From a virus (Duplodnaviria > Caudoviricetes), in IMG/VR virus record IMGVR_UViG_3300042549_004702, positions 1 through 60,420 of that record: DNA of 60,420 bases; one strand, 5' to 3'. Below are positions 36,295 through 46,864 of this stretch, one piece after another. A program made the position numbers and the translations under genes. Every line of letters begins with the position of its first letter. Position 1 is the first letter of the stretch. The notes under the pieces are model-generated. The model saw nothing but the letters and a program-made list of their open reading frames with translations, ran no database searches and was not told the DNA's origin.

Positions 36295-36386
36295 AAAAGT
36301 TATCGACCTGACGTGACGTAACCTTCAACCCATAACCCACGAAGCGGGATGCTTCGTAATCACTCATCCGGGAGGGATGATTCCAA

Positions 36387-37172
36387 ATGCCAATAGAACA
36401 GATATTTGATACTCGCGATGATGCGCCGGAGTTTCTCAGAGGATCTTTGCTCGAGACCGAAGACGGGAAGTTCAAGTTTCAGGCAGAGCTACCACAAGAG
36501 GTCGGCGGACTGAAGAAGGCACTCGACGCAGAGCGCAAAGCACGCGCCGAATTCGAAGGCAAGCTGAAGCAGTATGACGGCGTAGACGTTGAAAAGTACC
36601 AGTCGATACTCAAGCAGCAGGAAGAGGCCAAGGCGCAGCAGGCGCGATCTGCCGGAGACTGGGAGACGCGAGAGACACAGCTAAAAGCGCAGCTCGAAGC
36701 GGATCTACGCAAACGAGAAGCGCACTACACATCAGAGTTAACTGGACGTGACGCGAAGATTACGTTGATGCAGTCAGCCCTTGAGAAGTCGCTGATCGAA
36801 GCGCAGGCAACATCCGCGATCTCGGCGGCCAAGGGAACACCAGAGTTGCTGCTGCCTCACGTAATGCAGCGAGTCAGGATTGTTGAGGAGGACGGCGATT
36901 ATCAGGTGCGAGTGATCGATCAGAACGGTCAGCCGCGCATCGCCGACATAAAAGGCACTCCATTCACGATCAAGCATTTGATCGAAGAGATGAAGGCCGA
37001 TGCGATTTATGGACGGGCTTTTGAGGCGTCCGGAGCGGGAGGCTCTGGTGCGTATAACAGTAACAAAGCGGGCGGCAACGCCAAGACAATGAGCCGTGGA
37101 GCTTTTGACGCACTCTCACCAGAAACTAAAATGGAGTTCATCAAAGCAAAGGGGCAAATTTCAGATCAGTAG
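36387..37172 (+). CDS. Capsid scaffolding protein
   Basis: GLKKALDAER coiled coil, GAGGSG tail; precedes the capsid gene. Confidence 0.8.
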   Translation: MPIEQIFDTRDDAPEFLRGSLLETEDGKFKFQAELPQEVGGLKKALDAERKARAEFEGKLKQYDGVDVEKYQSILKQQEEAKAQQARSAGDWETRETQLKAQLEADLRKREAHYTSELTGRDAKITLMQSALEKSLIEAQATSAISAAKGTPELLLPHVMQRVRIVEEDGDYQVRVIDQNGQPRIADIKGTPFTIKHLIEEMKADAIYGRAFEASGAGGSGAYNSNKAGGNAKTMSRGAFDALSPETKMEFIKAKGQISDQ

Positions 37173-37187
37173 GATCGAAGGAGATCA

Positions 37188-38351
37188 ATGGCTAACACCC
37201 TTTCCTCAGTTCTGCCGGTGATCTACGAGGCGGCGGATGTCGTTTCGCGAGAGTTGACCGGTTTCATTCCAGCATCGTTTCGTAACTCGACCGCAGAGCG
37301 TGCGGCGAAGGATCAGACAGTCACTTACCCGATCGTCCCGACGATGGCTGCGGCGGATATTGCGCCTGGTGCCACGTCTTCGACTGGCACGGATATGACC
37401 GTGGGGTCAGGCTCTATGACCATCTCAAAGAGCCGCAAGGTCAGTTTCAATTGGACTGGTGAGGAGCAGACGGCACTCAGCAATGGCGATCGCCCGCAGC
37501 TTACCAACATTCTTCGTGATCAGTTCGCTCAGGCGATGCGCACGTTGTGCAACGAGATCGAGGCCGATCTGTGGGCGGCTGCTTACAAGGGATCGTCTCG
37601 CGCTTATGGTACGGCTGCTACTGCGCCGTTCGGCACTGCTGGCGACCTCAGCGACTTTGCGGGCGTTCGGCAGATCCTTGACGACAACGGCGCGCCACAG
37701 ACGGATCTTCACCTTGTGCTTGGGTCGGCTGCTATGGCCAACCTTCGCGGCAAGCAGTCGGTGCTCTTCAAGGTCAACGAGGCGGGCACGTCGGACTTCC
37801 TGCGACGTGGTGTTATCGGTGACGTAATGGGGCTGATGCTGCATAACAGCTACCCTGTCACCGTCCACACCAAAGGCGGCGGTTCCGCCTACGCGCTCAA
37901 CCTTGTGGCTGGGTATCCTGTGGGTTCGACAACTTTTGCCGTCGATACTGGATCAGGCACCATCCTTGCGGGCGACATCCTGACCAACTCGCAGAGTGGT
38001 CGCGATGCCAACAAGTATGTCGTCAATACTGCGCTTGCTGGTGGTTCACTGTCGATCGGCGCGCCGGGTAACCGTGTGGCGTGGGTCGATAACGATACGG
38101 TGGCGGTCGGCAACAGCTACACTCCGAACGTCGCGTTCCATCGTAACGCGCTGCACCTGATTACGCGCTCACCTGCTATGCCGGCGGGCGGTGACAGTGC
38201 GGTTGACGTTACTGAGGTCGTCGATCCGACGAGCGGATTGGCCTTCCAGGTTGCGCTCTACCGTCAGTATCGCCAGATCTCTTACGAGGTCGGTATGGCG
38301 TGGGGCGTCAAGGCTGTCAAGCCTGCTCACATAGCTACTCTGATCGGATAG
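37188..38351 (+). CDS. Major capsid protein (P22 coat-like)
   Basis: DVVSRELTGFIP, AFHRNA, YRQYRQ...AWGVKAVKP. Confidence 0.88.
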   Translation: MANTLSSVLPVIYEAADVVSRELTGFIPASFRNSTAERAAKDQTVTYPIVPTMAAADIAPGATSSTGTDMTVGSGSMTISKSRKVSFNWTGEEQTALSNGDRPQLTNILRDQFAQAMRTLCNEIEADLWAAAYKGSSRAYGTAATAPFGTAGDLSDFAGVRQILDDNGAPQTDLHLVLGSAAMANLRGKQSVLFKVNEAGTSDFLRRGVIGDVMGLMLHNSYPVTVHTKGGGSAYALNLVAGYPVGSTTFAVDTGSGTILAGDILTNSQSGRDANKYVVNTALAGGSLSIGAPGNRVAWVDNDTVAVGNSYTPNVAFHRNALHLITRSPAMPAGGDSAVDVTEVVDPTSGLAFQVALYRQYRQISYEVGMAWGVKAVKPAHIATLIG

Positions 38352-38491
38352 TGATTACGCACGGTGGCGGGTCAGATGTAACGGCTCGCCACTGTGCGGT
38401 AAATCTTGAAAGGGTGCTAACCCTTAGGCAAGCGGCCAAAAATGCAGCACAGGGCAAGCCACGCATCGAGAATAATCACAAGGATCAGCAA

Positions 38492-38698
38492 ATGAAGTCG
38501 GAAAGCACGGTAGCAATGTATCGAGAAGACCTGGGGGCAAATGGTGGGCCGACAACGGCAGACGTCCACGTCAACGAGGTCGAGATGATGCAGTCATTCG
38601 GATGGCGCATCGCTGACGCCAAAGACACGGCACCATTCCCGAAAGAGGAGGAGTCCGAGATGGGATATAGCAAACCAAAGCCAAAACCGAAGAAGTAA
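38492..38698 (+). CDS. Small head-associated protein
   Basis: AAGGA RBS; ADVHVNEV motif. Confidence 0.55.
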   Translation: MKSESTVAMYREDLGANGGPTTADVHVNEVEMMQSFGWRIADAKDTAPFPKEEESEMGYSKPKPKPKK

Positions 38699-38725
38699 CG
38701 CACACGTGACGGGATGTGATCTGAT

Positions 38726-39283
38726 ATGGCAATCGACGCAAACAGCCTGATAACCACGATCGGCGATTCAACCAGCAACTCATATGTGACGCTGGAAGAG
38801 TTCGCCGATTATCGCGATTTGAACAGAATCAACGCTGATGCTTTTGACGGCGCGACGGCTGATAACAAGGTACGCGCGCTGATTATGGCTGCGCGTCGGC
38901 TGAGTAGGCTTAACTGGCGAGGCGGCAAGGTCAGCGGCAATCAGGCTCTGTCGTGGCCACGCATTGAGGTGCCGGTACGAGACTCGAGCCTTGATGGTAT
39001 ATCGCTTTACGGCACGATGTCTGAGAGTCGCTACAGAGGCGGCTTCTATGGTGACTACTACGAAAGCACGATCATTCCCGAGATTATCAAGAATGCACAG
39101 TGCGAGCTTGCCATAGCGTACCTTGAAGGATTCGAGCAAAGCGAAGGACAACAGATCAAGTCGTTCTCGGCCGACGGTGTCCGCATCGATTACGTAACCA
39201 GTTCGAAGGGGGGCGCGCTACCTGCGACGGTACAGCAGATGATCAGCGGATTATTGACGGGCGAAAGGTTGGTGCGAGGGTGA
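38726..39283 (+). CDS. Head-tail adaptor (DnaT-like family)
   Basis: NSYVTL, QALSWPR, IKNAQCELA. Confidence 0.8.
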   Translation: MAIDANSLITTIGDSTSNSYVTLEEFADYRDLNRINADAFDGATADNKVRALIMAARRLSRLNWRGGKVSGNQALSWPRIEVPVRDSSLDGISLYGTMSESRYRGGFYGDYYESTIIPEIIKNAQCELAIAYLEGFEQSEGQQIKSFSADGVRIDYVTSSKGGALPATVQQMISGLLTGERLVRG

Positions 39284-39657
39284 ACAACCTACTATCGGCC
39301 AAAGCTCTCAACACGCTTCGTCGGTCACTCTATGGCGGATCCGCGTCATTGACCTTCTACAAGATGACTCCGGCAGATGGTGAGGTCGAGATTCACACGA
39401 CTACATCAGGCTGGCACATCCAACGCGATAACAGCGATATCGATAGAACGGGACTGGTCAACATTTGGATGTCATCAGAGAGCGTACCGTGGAAGCTTGA
39501 TAGCAAGTTGCATACTGGCAGCAAGATCAAAGTGACCACGAATAACAGATCTCAGTCGTACCGCATATCATCGATACGTCCAATGCAGCAACTCGGCAGT
39601 GGTTGGTATTTCAAATGCGATCCAATCGAGAACAGCACGGAGCCTGACAATGGCTAA
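39280..39657 (+). CDS. Probable head closure protein
   Basis: Position and size in the neck module. Confidence 0.5.
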   Translation: MNNLLSAKALNTLRRSLYGGSASLTFYKMTPADGEVEIHTTTSGWHIQRDNSDIDRTGLVNIWMSSESVPWKLDSKLHTGSKIKVTTNNRSQSYRISSIRPMQQLGSGWYFKCDPIENSTEPDNG

Positions 39658-40060
39658 TAACCTTCTCACGATAGACGTAAAGGTGATGCCCGACGTTGTG
39701 CCAGGACTGACCGATCAGGCAAGCAGGATCATCAATCAGGTCGGCAATGGCATCGTTGCGGAGATGAAGCGAATAATGGCACTCCCGAAGACTGGGCGCA
39801 CCTATCGCAAAAAAGGCGGTGTGCTTCACGTCGCATCGTCTCCGGGTCAGCCTCCGGCAATGGACACAGGCAACCTGACAAACTCTATCAACATGCAGAT
39901 GATCGGCCCACTTCAGGGAAGGGTAAGTATCAACGCAGAGTACGCGGCATATCTCGAGTATGGAACCGTGCGAATGGCAGCTCGTCCGTACCTGCAGCCA
40001 GCGATTGATCAGACGCGTCAGGACTTTCTTGCAGCTGGCATACTGAGGTCTGCTCGATGA
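39650..40060 (+). CDS. HK97 gp10-like tail completion protein
   Basis: DTGNLTNSI, YAAYLEYGT, RPYLQPA. Confidence 0.88.
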   Translation: MANNLLTIDVKVMPDVVPGLTDQASRIINQVGNGIVAEMKRIMALPKTGRTYRKKGGVLHVASSPGQPPAMDTGNLTNSINMQMIGPLQGRVSINAEYAAYLEYGTVRMAARPYLQPAIDQTRQDFLAAGILRSAR

Positions 40061-40512
40061 CGTATACCGAATCAAACGTAAGATCAGCTATTGAGAGCCT
40101 GATACATACAGCAGCCCCGAACGCTGTAGTCTTCCCTTGGTGGGTGCTTGGATATCAACGCGACGTGTGGCCGGGACTGCTTCGAAGCGATGCCGACGGC
40201 GGCAAGGTTCACGGATACGTGATCACGCGATCGATGAGTGACGGCACAGAAACCGGAATGCGATGTGTGCGTCGTTACTGGTCATACGAGATCTGGGCCT
40301 TCCACTACTACGCGACCGGCAACAAAACATCGAATACTGATCTGACCTTTAACGCGGAGTTGGACGCGATTACCACGGCTTTTGACGACGTATCAACGCT
40401 GGCTGCATCACTGCAGCGCAGGCAACCGCCTAAGTGGAATGTGGATCTTGGCGTATATGGCGGCGAACTGCTTCATTTCGCTGTCGGGACAATAACGATT
40501 GAGGCCTGTTAA
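40057..40512 (+). CDS. Probable tail terminator
   Basis: Position before the tail tube gene; size. Confidence 0.6.
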   Translation: MTYTESNVRSAIESLIHTAAPNAVVFPWWVLGYQRDVWPGLLRSDADGGKVHGYVITRSMSDGTETGMRCVRRYWSYEIWAFHYYATGNKTSNTDLTFNAELDAITTAFDDVSTLAASLQRRQPPKWNVDLGVYGGELLHFAVGTITIEAC

Positions 40513-40523
40513 GGAGACAGACA

Positions 40524-41600
40524 ATGGCAACATTTTTGACAAACGACGTCGCCCTATACGTCAGCAAAACTAGGGAAAGCGCGTACAACACGGATGAGAC
40601 GACCGGCACGAACTACCTGAAGGTGCGAACGCAGCAGCCCGGATATGTGTTACCGCAGGTCGAGTTCATCAACGATGCGGGAGTGCCAGGTAACGGTCAC
40701 GAGTTCGCGACCGAGTGGTGCGCTACGTATATCGCGCATCCGGCGATCACGTTTACCGACGACATCAACTTTGGTGTGGCTGGTCGGCTGGCCTTGCGCG
40801 CGCTCGGTGGCGCAGTGACGACCGCTCAGCTTGGGTCTACGACGGCATACAAGCATTCGTGTTCGATGCTGCCTATTGCCAGTGGTCGCCAGCTTCCATC
40901 GACGACTATTGCTGCGTTACTTGGCGGTGCAAGCTTCAGGATGGCGGGAATGGTTGTCGATCGTTACCGCATTTCGCAGAACAGAGCCGATCGTCCGCAG
41001 TATTCGTGCGATATGGTAGGGTCTGGTGACTTCACGACTCCGCACGGACTGACCAGCTTGCCATCTACGGTAGACACGGCTGCGTGCCTGAACGGCAACT
41101 CAACGTCGGTATACTGGACGGATGCTGATGGTACTACGACGTTCTCTGGTGCAACGTGTACGCTTCGTTCGTGGTTTGTCGAAGTGGCAAACAGTCTCAG
41201 GCTGAATGACCGATGTCCGGGAGACTCGACCAAAACTCTCACGTACGATTCGACGACGACTAATCCGGCATTTGCTGGCAAGCTGCTTCGCGGATCGCGC
41301 GCGGTGACGGCTCAGATCGTGATATTGCTTGACTCGACCATCGTACCGTGGGAACGCTTCGTTACTGGTCAGGAGTTGACCGACGTTACTTTCAAGGCGC
41401 AGTCGGGCACGGAAGCCGGAACCGGACACAAGTTCACGGTCAACTACATCATCCCGAAGGCGCGCATCACGTCAGTAGAGCCGACCGACAATGACGGCGA
41501 CGCGGCACTTACTATCAACCTGGTTGGGATGTATGACTCAACGTCGGGCGGTGCGCTCAATTGCGAAGTGATCAATGCGGAGACTAGCGCGTATGTCTAA
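40524..41600 (+). CDS. Major tail tube protein
   Basis: Strong RBS; beta-rich; no sheath gene nearby. Confidence 0.75.
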   Translation: MATFLTNDVALYVSKTRESAYNTDETTGTNYLKVRTQQPGYVLPQVEFINDAGVPGNGHEFATEWCATYIAHPAITFTDDINFGVAGRLALRALGGAVTTAQLGSTTAYKHSCSMLPIASGRQLPSTTIAALLGGASFRMAGMVVDRYRISQNRADRPQYSCDMVGSGDFTTPHGLTSLPSTVDTAACLNGNSTSVYWTDADGTTTFSGATCTLRSWFVEVANSLRLNDRCPGDSTKTLTYDSTTTNPAFAGKLLRGSRAVTAQIVILLDSTIVPWERFVTGQELTDVTFKAQSGTEAGTGHKFTVNYIIPKARITSVEPTDNDGDAALTINLVGMYDSTSGGALNCEVINAETSAYV

Positions 41601-41853
41601 ATACAAGCGTGATTTTACTGACGATGTGACGATCGAAGAGGCTCCAACCGTGGAGTCCTTCGACTTCACCGTTGATGAGTCTGTGATGCCAGCACGTACA
41701 CGTCTGGCATACTACAGGCTGCGACGTGCGGCATTGACTCGCAATGATCCGTCGGCCTTCCCTGAAGGCAAGACGATGACGCTCGACGAGGTTGAGTCGT
41801 TGCTTGGCTTCGAACTTGGGGATGCCGAAGGGCCGCGTCAATGTTGCGTATAA
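41593..41853 (+). CDS. Hypothetical protein
   Basis: ATG overlaps the tail tube end. Confidence 0.5.
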   Translation: MSKYKRDFTDDVTIEEAPTVESFDFTVDESVMPARTRLAYYRLRRAALTRNDPSAFPEGKTMTLDEVESLLGFELGDAEGPRQCCV

Positions 41854-42071
41854 TCAAGTTTATTCGAGTACTGTGGTCATTCTTCGTGTACGGCGATGTG
41901 AAGCTGAACGTCTACAACGCGAGGTTTACACGATGCGAAGGATGCCCACAGATTCGAGTTACCAAGCGTGGTCTGTTTTGTGACGCTTGCGGATGCCCGG
42001 AAACGTCACTATCAGATCTTCGAACAAAAGCACGGATGAGGCTTTCAGCCTGTCCAAAGGAACAATGGTAA
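41841..42071 (+). CDS. Small Cys-rich protein
   Basis: CEGCP...CDACGC...CPKEQW. Confidence 0.6.
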   Translation: MLRIIKFIRVLWSFFVYGDVKLNVYNARFTRCEGCPQIRVTKRGLFCDACGCPETSLSDLRTKARMRLSACPKEQW

Positions 42072-42082
42072 GAGGAACAATT

Positions 42083-42832
42083 ATGACTGAGAGTAATCTT
42101 TACCCATTCGACGCTGCCGAAGTTGCAGTGTCATTTAATGCGCGACCGGGAGCGGACAATCCGGTGATCGTCTCGCACAAGCTACGCAAGCCAACGCTGA
42201 TGGAGCTGGTAGCACGCGATCGAGACGTCAATCTTGAGATCGTTGAGATATCACCACGAGAAGAGCAGATCGTCACCGACGATGAAGCAGCTAATGCACG
42301 CCTTTGGGACAAGCTGATACTCGGCGTCAAGGGCTATGCCGGTAATGCTCAGTGGGCTGAGATTCCCGACGGTGACAAGGCCGGAGTACGCACGGGACAC
42401 AAGACGACCGCAATCAAGGCTATGTATATTGGCGATTGCAGTATCGTCGGAGACATTGATTCAGAGGTCAGCCTGACGTCTGATACCTGGGTGATACGCC
42501 AGTCGATTGGCGATGTGGACAATCCGCAGTTCGTGATCGATCACACGTTGCGAGAGCCTACGGAATCGGAGCGCATTCAGTTCAAGCGATCTGCTAGCAA
42601 AGTGTCGTTTATTCGCGGCGGCAAGAAAACGCGTACGCGCATCGGTCAGGATCTGACAGCCTTCGTGAAGATGTACGACTTGCTGGTAGAGAGCATCATT
42701 GGCGGATCAGTCAATAGCGCAGAGTACACGTCATCGAACCGTCAGGCGTTTCTTGCGGCCATTGATCCGACGTGGAAGCGATTGATCGTGCAGACGCTGA
42801 TGAACGCAATTGAGGCGGCATTGCTGGACTGA
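42083..42832 (+). CDS. Tail assembly chaperone (G-like)
   Basis: GAGG RBS; lies between tail tube and tape measure genes. Confidence 0.7.
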   Translation: MTESNLYPFDAAEVAVSFNARPGADNPVIVSHKLRKPTLMELVARDRDVNLEIVEISPREEQIVTDDEAANARLWDKLILGVKGYAGNAQWAEIPDGDKAGVRTGHKTTAIKAMYIGDCSIVGDIDSEVSLTSDTWVIRQSIGDVDNPQFVIDHTLREPTESERIQFKRSASKVSFIRGGKKTRTRIGQDLTAFVKMYDLLVESIIGGSVNSAEYTSSNRQAFLAAIDPTWKRLIVQTLMNAIEAALLD

Positions 42833-43230
42833 GTAACGCTCTGGAGGCTTACTTTGATCGACAGATCCAAGCGTCAAAGCGAGTTGGTACGCAGCCCTGC
42901 CCGGGTGAAGAGGTCTGTCAGGTCATCGGCCCATTGGCACAACATCCTAACGAGCCAGTGGAAGCGGTCTGCGGAGCTTGCGCCAAGCGTGAGACGAAGC
43001 CGGGAATGCAGCCGCGAAACATTGCGGACGCGATCGGCGAGGCGTTGCAGTTGGACGAGCTACACGCACTCGGGGCCACGTTCCCGTATCCGGCAAGCCT
43101 GACCACGTACCAGTGGACTTGCTTACGAGCGTTGGAACGAGCCAGACAGAAAGAGCGTGATCGAGTACAGGTGCAGCAAACGCAGCACGCTGAAACAGAG
43201 CGAATGAAGGCAAGACTCGGAAGGGGGTAA
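42814..43230 (+). CDS. Tail assembly chaperone T-like frame, start unresolved
   Basis: The -1 frame is open from 42814 with no ATG near its start; ends 1 bp before the tape measure gene. Confidence 0.55.
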   Translation, partial: GGIAGLSNALEAYFDRQIQASKRVGTQPCPGEEVCQVIGPLAQHPNEPVEAVCGACAKRETKPGMQPRNIADAIGEALQLDELHALGATFPYPASLTTYQWTCLRALERARQKERDRVQVQQTQHAETERMKARLGRG

Positions 43231-43231
43231 G

Positions 43232-46200
43232 ATGGCAGGAACTCTTGAGCTAAACTTGGTCATCAACACATCGCAGATCGACGGCGCGGCAAACGATGCT
43301 GCTCGTAAGATCAAGAGTGCTCTTGATAGTACTGCCGTCAATGCTCAGGCGTCAGGACGTCGCATTGGTGATGCGCTATCGTCGAGCTTCACCGATGCGG
43401 CACGGCGCATATCGTCAACGCTATCAGATGTCGGGACTAAGCTGTCAGTGGGATTGACCGTACCGCTTGCAGGGCTAGCGGCAGCGTCAATCAAAGCGGC
43501 GGCTGATGTGGATAAGACGCGGCAGACGCTTGTTGCCCTCACTGGGAGCGTAGGCGCGGCAAATGCCAAGCTGTCAGAGCTGCGCAAGCTGGCGGCAACT
43601 TCACCTGGCGTTACCACGTCGTTTGCCTCGTCACTATTCGGCCAGTTCAAGGCACTCGGTACGGTGGCGGATGAGTCGATCAATCGGATTATCAAGAGCA
43701 TCGGGCGTCTTAATGCGGTATTCACGCTACCAGATCCGAATCAGTTTGCACGTAATCTTCAGCAGATCTTCACTCAGGGATTTGAGCGCGCCGACATCAA
43801 AGAAGCCATTGGGCAGGTGCCGATCTTTGAACAGATACTTGAGCAAGCTTTTGGCACCAAAGATGCAGCTAAACTTCGAAAACTCAAGGATACTGGCAAG
43901 CTCACTATATCGACTTTTCTCGATGGCATATCAAACGCTGTCGATACTGACCAGCGATTCGCCAACGTGCAAGAGTCGATAGCATCGAAGTTCGCGAAGA
44001 CCAAAGATCAGATACTCGTGGCACTTGCCCCACTGGGTGAGAGCTTGCTGCGAACACTGACGCCAGCGTTGGAGCGAATCATACCAAAGATCATCGAGCT
44101 TCTTGACGCATTCGCGAAGCTTCCGGCGGGAGTGCAAGAGGCGATCGTCATCTTCGGATTGCTGAATATCGCGCTCGGTCCAGTATTGAAAGGATTTGCT
44201 TCGCTGCTGTCACTGGTGACGTCTATATCCGGCGCTGTGGCTGGAGCTGGTGGTATAACCGCAGCCATCGCGGGGCTGAATCCCGTGGTGCTCGCGATAG
44301 GTGGCATACTAACAGCCGGCGCGATTGGATGGTACGCGTATCGGAAAGCGGTACAGGACGGCACGGACGCAATAGATCAGGCACTTGCAAAGGTAGAAAG
44401 AAGTCAGGGCATATTCACCGATCTTCAAGGCAACAAGGTCAATAGACTCGGTGGCAAGGTGCTTACACCTGAACAGCAAGCAGCGTTGTCAGGATTGCAG
44501 TCAGGCGGCGGGGGGGTGGTCAGTGGTCAGTCTGTGAATATAAATGCAGCCACAGGCAAGCCTGACGCTTCTGCGCCTATCGTGGGAGCGTTAGCAGCAA
44601 CTGCGACCGGATCAAGCGCGGCTCTCAACAATGCCAGAAAGCTGAAAGAGGCTCTCGTGTCTTTGGAGCGTGAACGAGTCGAGCAGACCAACCGAATATT
44701 GAAAGCCGAAGGTGACGCGCGATCAGCCGCTCTCACACGTCAATTTGACGCGGGGCTGATATCCTATCGCGAGTACAACGACGCAAGATTCAAGATTCAG
44801 GAAGAGAGCATCAAGCGTGAGATTGCGCTATCGCAGACCGAAGCGGCGCAACTTGAGACAGCGAGAAGCACGGCCAAAGGCGCGGAGAAGATCAAGATCG
44901 AAGATCAGCTTCTCAAGCTGTACGCTGATCAGAAGATCAAGATTATCGACCTGACCAGCGCACTCGAAGAGAACTTTGACGAGTACAAGAAGCGCAATGC
45001 ATTGCCGAATCTGGATCTTCAGAGACAGTCGCAGGAGCAGGTTGTATCAGTAGTCGAAGATCCGCGAGTTGTAGCGGCGCGTAAGAAGATGCAATCCGAG
45101 AAGGACGCTATCATCGCGCAAGATATCAAGCTCATAGATATTCGTCGTCAGCAGCTCGAAGTCGAGAACGCTATTGAGCTTGGCGTTATCAGTCAGGCTG
45201 ATGGACGACAAGCCATCAATGCGCTGTTACGCGAAGAGCGAGACCTGAGAACGGCGGCACTTGAGGCGGAGAAGTTGACCGAAGGCATATCGGCAAAGCG
45301 TGTAGCAGAGATCAACGCAGAGATTGCGTCGATCCGTAACCTGGGCGTCGAGCTTACTGCTACCCAGCGTTTTATGCGTGGCTTTAACTCGGCGATCGAG
45401 ACCACTGGCGACGCCTTCGAGCGACTCGGTCAGGGCATCAGTCAGTCATTCGGCAAGGTCGGCGGATTGCTGTCAAACCTCAAGAACGCGTTTAAGCAGT
45501 TCTTTAACGATCTTCTCGGACTCGGCATTCAGCGAATATTCCAGCAGCTATTCGGCGGCATAACAGCGGCGATCGGTGGCGGTGCGACAGGTGGTCGAGC
45601 TGGTGGCGGCGGCATTGCTGGCGGCATCGGTGGAGCTATCACGAACATTGCCGGCGGTGGCAGGTCTGGCGGTAGTGGCGGTGGTGGCTTGCTGGGTAAC
45701 ATCTTCGGTGGTGGCGGTGGTGGCGGTGGATTCATCACTCCGGGATTTGGTGGCGGGTTTGCCGGGTTTGGCGGAGTAGAAGGCCCATCGTCAGCCGGTC
45801 CTCCCGGCGGAGTGCCAGCTGTCGGACAGTTTGGCGGATTAAGTGGACTTTCGAACATATTCAAGGGTGCCGGCGGACTGTTCAAGGGCATAGGCTTTGG
45901 ACTCAAACCGGGGTCAGGTACAGGCGCACTCGCCGCAGCTGCGCCATTACTCGGGTTATCGCTTGGCGCGAGTGCTGGCGGCTCATCGAGCTTCGGCAAG
46001 ATACTAGGCGGCGCAGGTGGAGCGCTTCTCGGTATCGGACTGACAGCAGCTCCTGCCGCACTGCTTGCCGGTGGCTCACTGGCGTCACTCGGTAGTCTGG
46101 CCGCACTATTCAGCAATCCGATTACCGCTGGCGTTGGTGCGGCATTGCTTGTTGGCGCGGTTCTGCTAGGTCGAAGTAAGCAGCGAAAATCAGACGAAGA

Positions 46201-46864
46201 GCAAGCTGGTATATGGCTTCAGGATGCGGTCAACCAGATTGCTGATCTCAAGTCGCAAGCATCGCAAGGCCAGGTAACGGTCGATCAGGCGCGCGCGATC
46301 TTCGAAGGTCAGATACTGACATCGTTTACTTCGCAGATCAGTACACTCAAAACCAAAAGCGTCAGGGACTCGCGACTGACGAATCAGGTACGTGACCTTC
46401 GCAACCTCTTCGAGACGACTGTCATACCAGCGGCTCAAGGCGCGGCAAAGAGAACGACTGCATCGCGCGACATCATCCCCGAATTTGCCACTGGCGGAAT
46501 CGTAATGGGCCGCGATCGTGGCTACGACTCGGTGCTTGCAATGGTGCGACCTGGTGAGATGGTTCTTACTCGCCAGCATCAGGACGCGATTGCTCAGATC
46601 GCAGGGCCGAACGTCTTTTCGCGGGTCGGAGTACCTGACGCGCCTCAATCGACGGTCAATGGTATGCCAGCATTTGCGGCAGGGGGCGTTGTCCCGATGC
46701 GTGGCGGCAATCCTGATCAGCCGCTCGAAGTCAATCTCGTTGTAGACCTTCGAATGGGCACGAGTGCCGCTACTCAGATCTTTGCGGCTGGTGGGTCAAC
46801 CAATGCTGGTCGGCGAGTAGTTGTAGGCAACGTGCGCAGGGCGCGCATTGATGGAGACTTGTAA
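43232..46864 (+). CDS. Tape measure protein
   Basis: 1210 aa; Ala-rich helical, TM and Gly-rich segments; FATGG motifs. Confidence 0.92.
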   Translation: MAGTLELNLVINTSQIDGAANDAARKIKSALDSTAVNAQASGRRIGDALSSSFTDAARRISSTLSDVGTKLSVGLTVPLAGLAAASIKAAADVDKTRQTLVALTGSVGAANAKLSELRKLAATSPGVTTSFASSLFGQFKALGTVADESINRIIKSIGRLNAVFTLPDPNQFARNLQQIFTQGFERADIKEAIGQVPIFEQILEQAFGTKDAAKLRKLKDTGKLTISTFLDGISNAVDTDQRFANVQESIASKFAKTKDQILVALAPLGESLLRTLTPALERIIPKIIELLDAFAKLPAGVQEAIVIFGLLNIALGPVLKGFASLLSLVTSISGAVAGAGGITAAIAGLNPVVLAIGGILTAGAIGWYAYRKAVQDGTDAIDQALAKVERSQGIFTDLQGNKVNRLGGKVLTPEQQAALSGLQSGGGGVVSGQSVNINAATGKPDASAPIVGALAATATGSSAALNNARKLKEALVSLERERVEQTNRILKAEGDARSAALTRQFDAGLISYREYNDARFKIQEESIKREIALSQTEAAQLETARSTAKGAEKIKIEDQLLKLYADQKIKIIDLTSALEENFDEYKKRNALPNLDLQRQSQEQVVSVVEDPRVVAARKKMQSEKDAIIAQDIKLIDIRRQQLEVENAIELGVISQADGRQAINALLREERDLRTAALEAEKLTEGISAKRVAEINAEIASIRNLGVELTATQRFMRGFNSAIETTGDAFERLGQGISQSFGKVGGLLSNLKNAFKQFFNDLLGLGIQRIFQQLFGGITAAIGGGATGGRAGGGGIAGGIGGAITNIAGGGRSGGSGGGGLLGNIFGGGGGGGGFITPGFGGGFAGFGGVEGPSSAGPPGGVPAVGQFGGLSGLSNIFKGAGGLFKGIGFGLKPGSGTGALAAAAPLLGLSLGASAGGSSSFGKILGGAGGALLGIGLTAAPAALLAGGSLASLGSLAALFSNPITAGVGAALLVGAVLLGRSKQRKSDEEQAGIWLQDAVNQIADLKSQASQGQVTVDQARAIFEGQILTSFTSQISTLKTKSVRDSRLTNQVRDLRNLFETTVIPAAQGAAKRTTASRDIIPEFATGGIVMGRDRGYDSVLAMVRPGEMVLTRQHQDAIAQIAGPNVFSRVGVPDAPQSTVNGMPAFAAGGVVPMRGGNPDQPLEVNLVVDLRMGTSAATQIFAAGGSTNAGRRVVVGNVRRARIDGDL

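Noticed and set aside
45570-46150. GGC/GGT-rich repeats and the Pro-rich antisense ORF 45529-46116
   Set aside because: Explained by the Gly-rich segment of the tape measure protein
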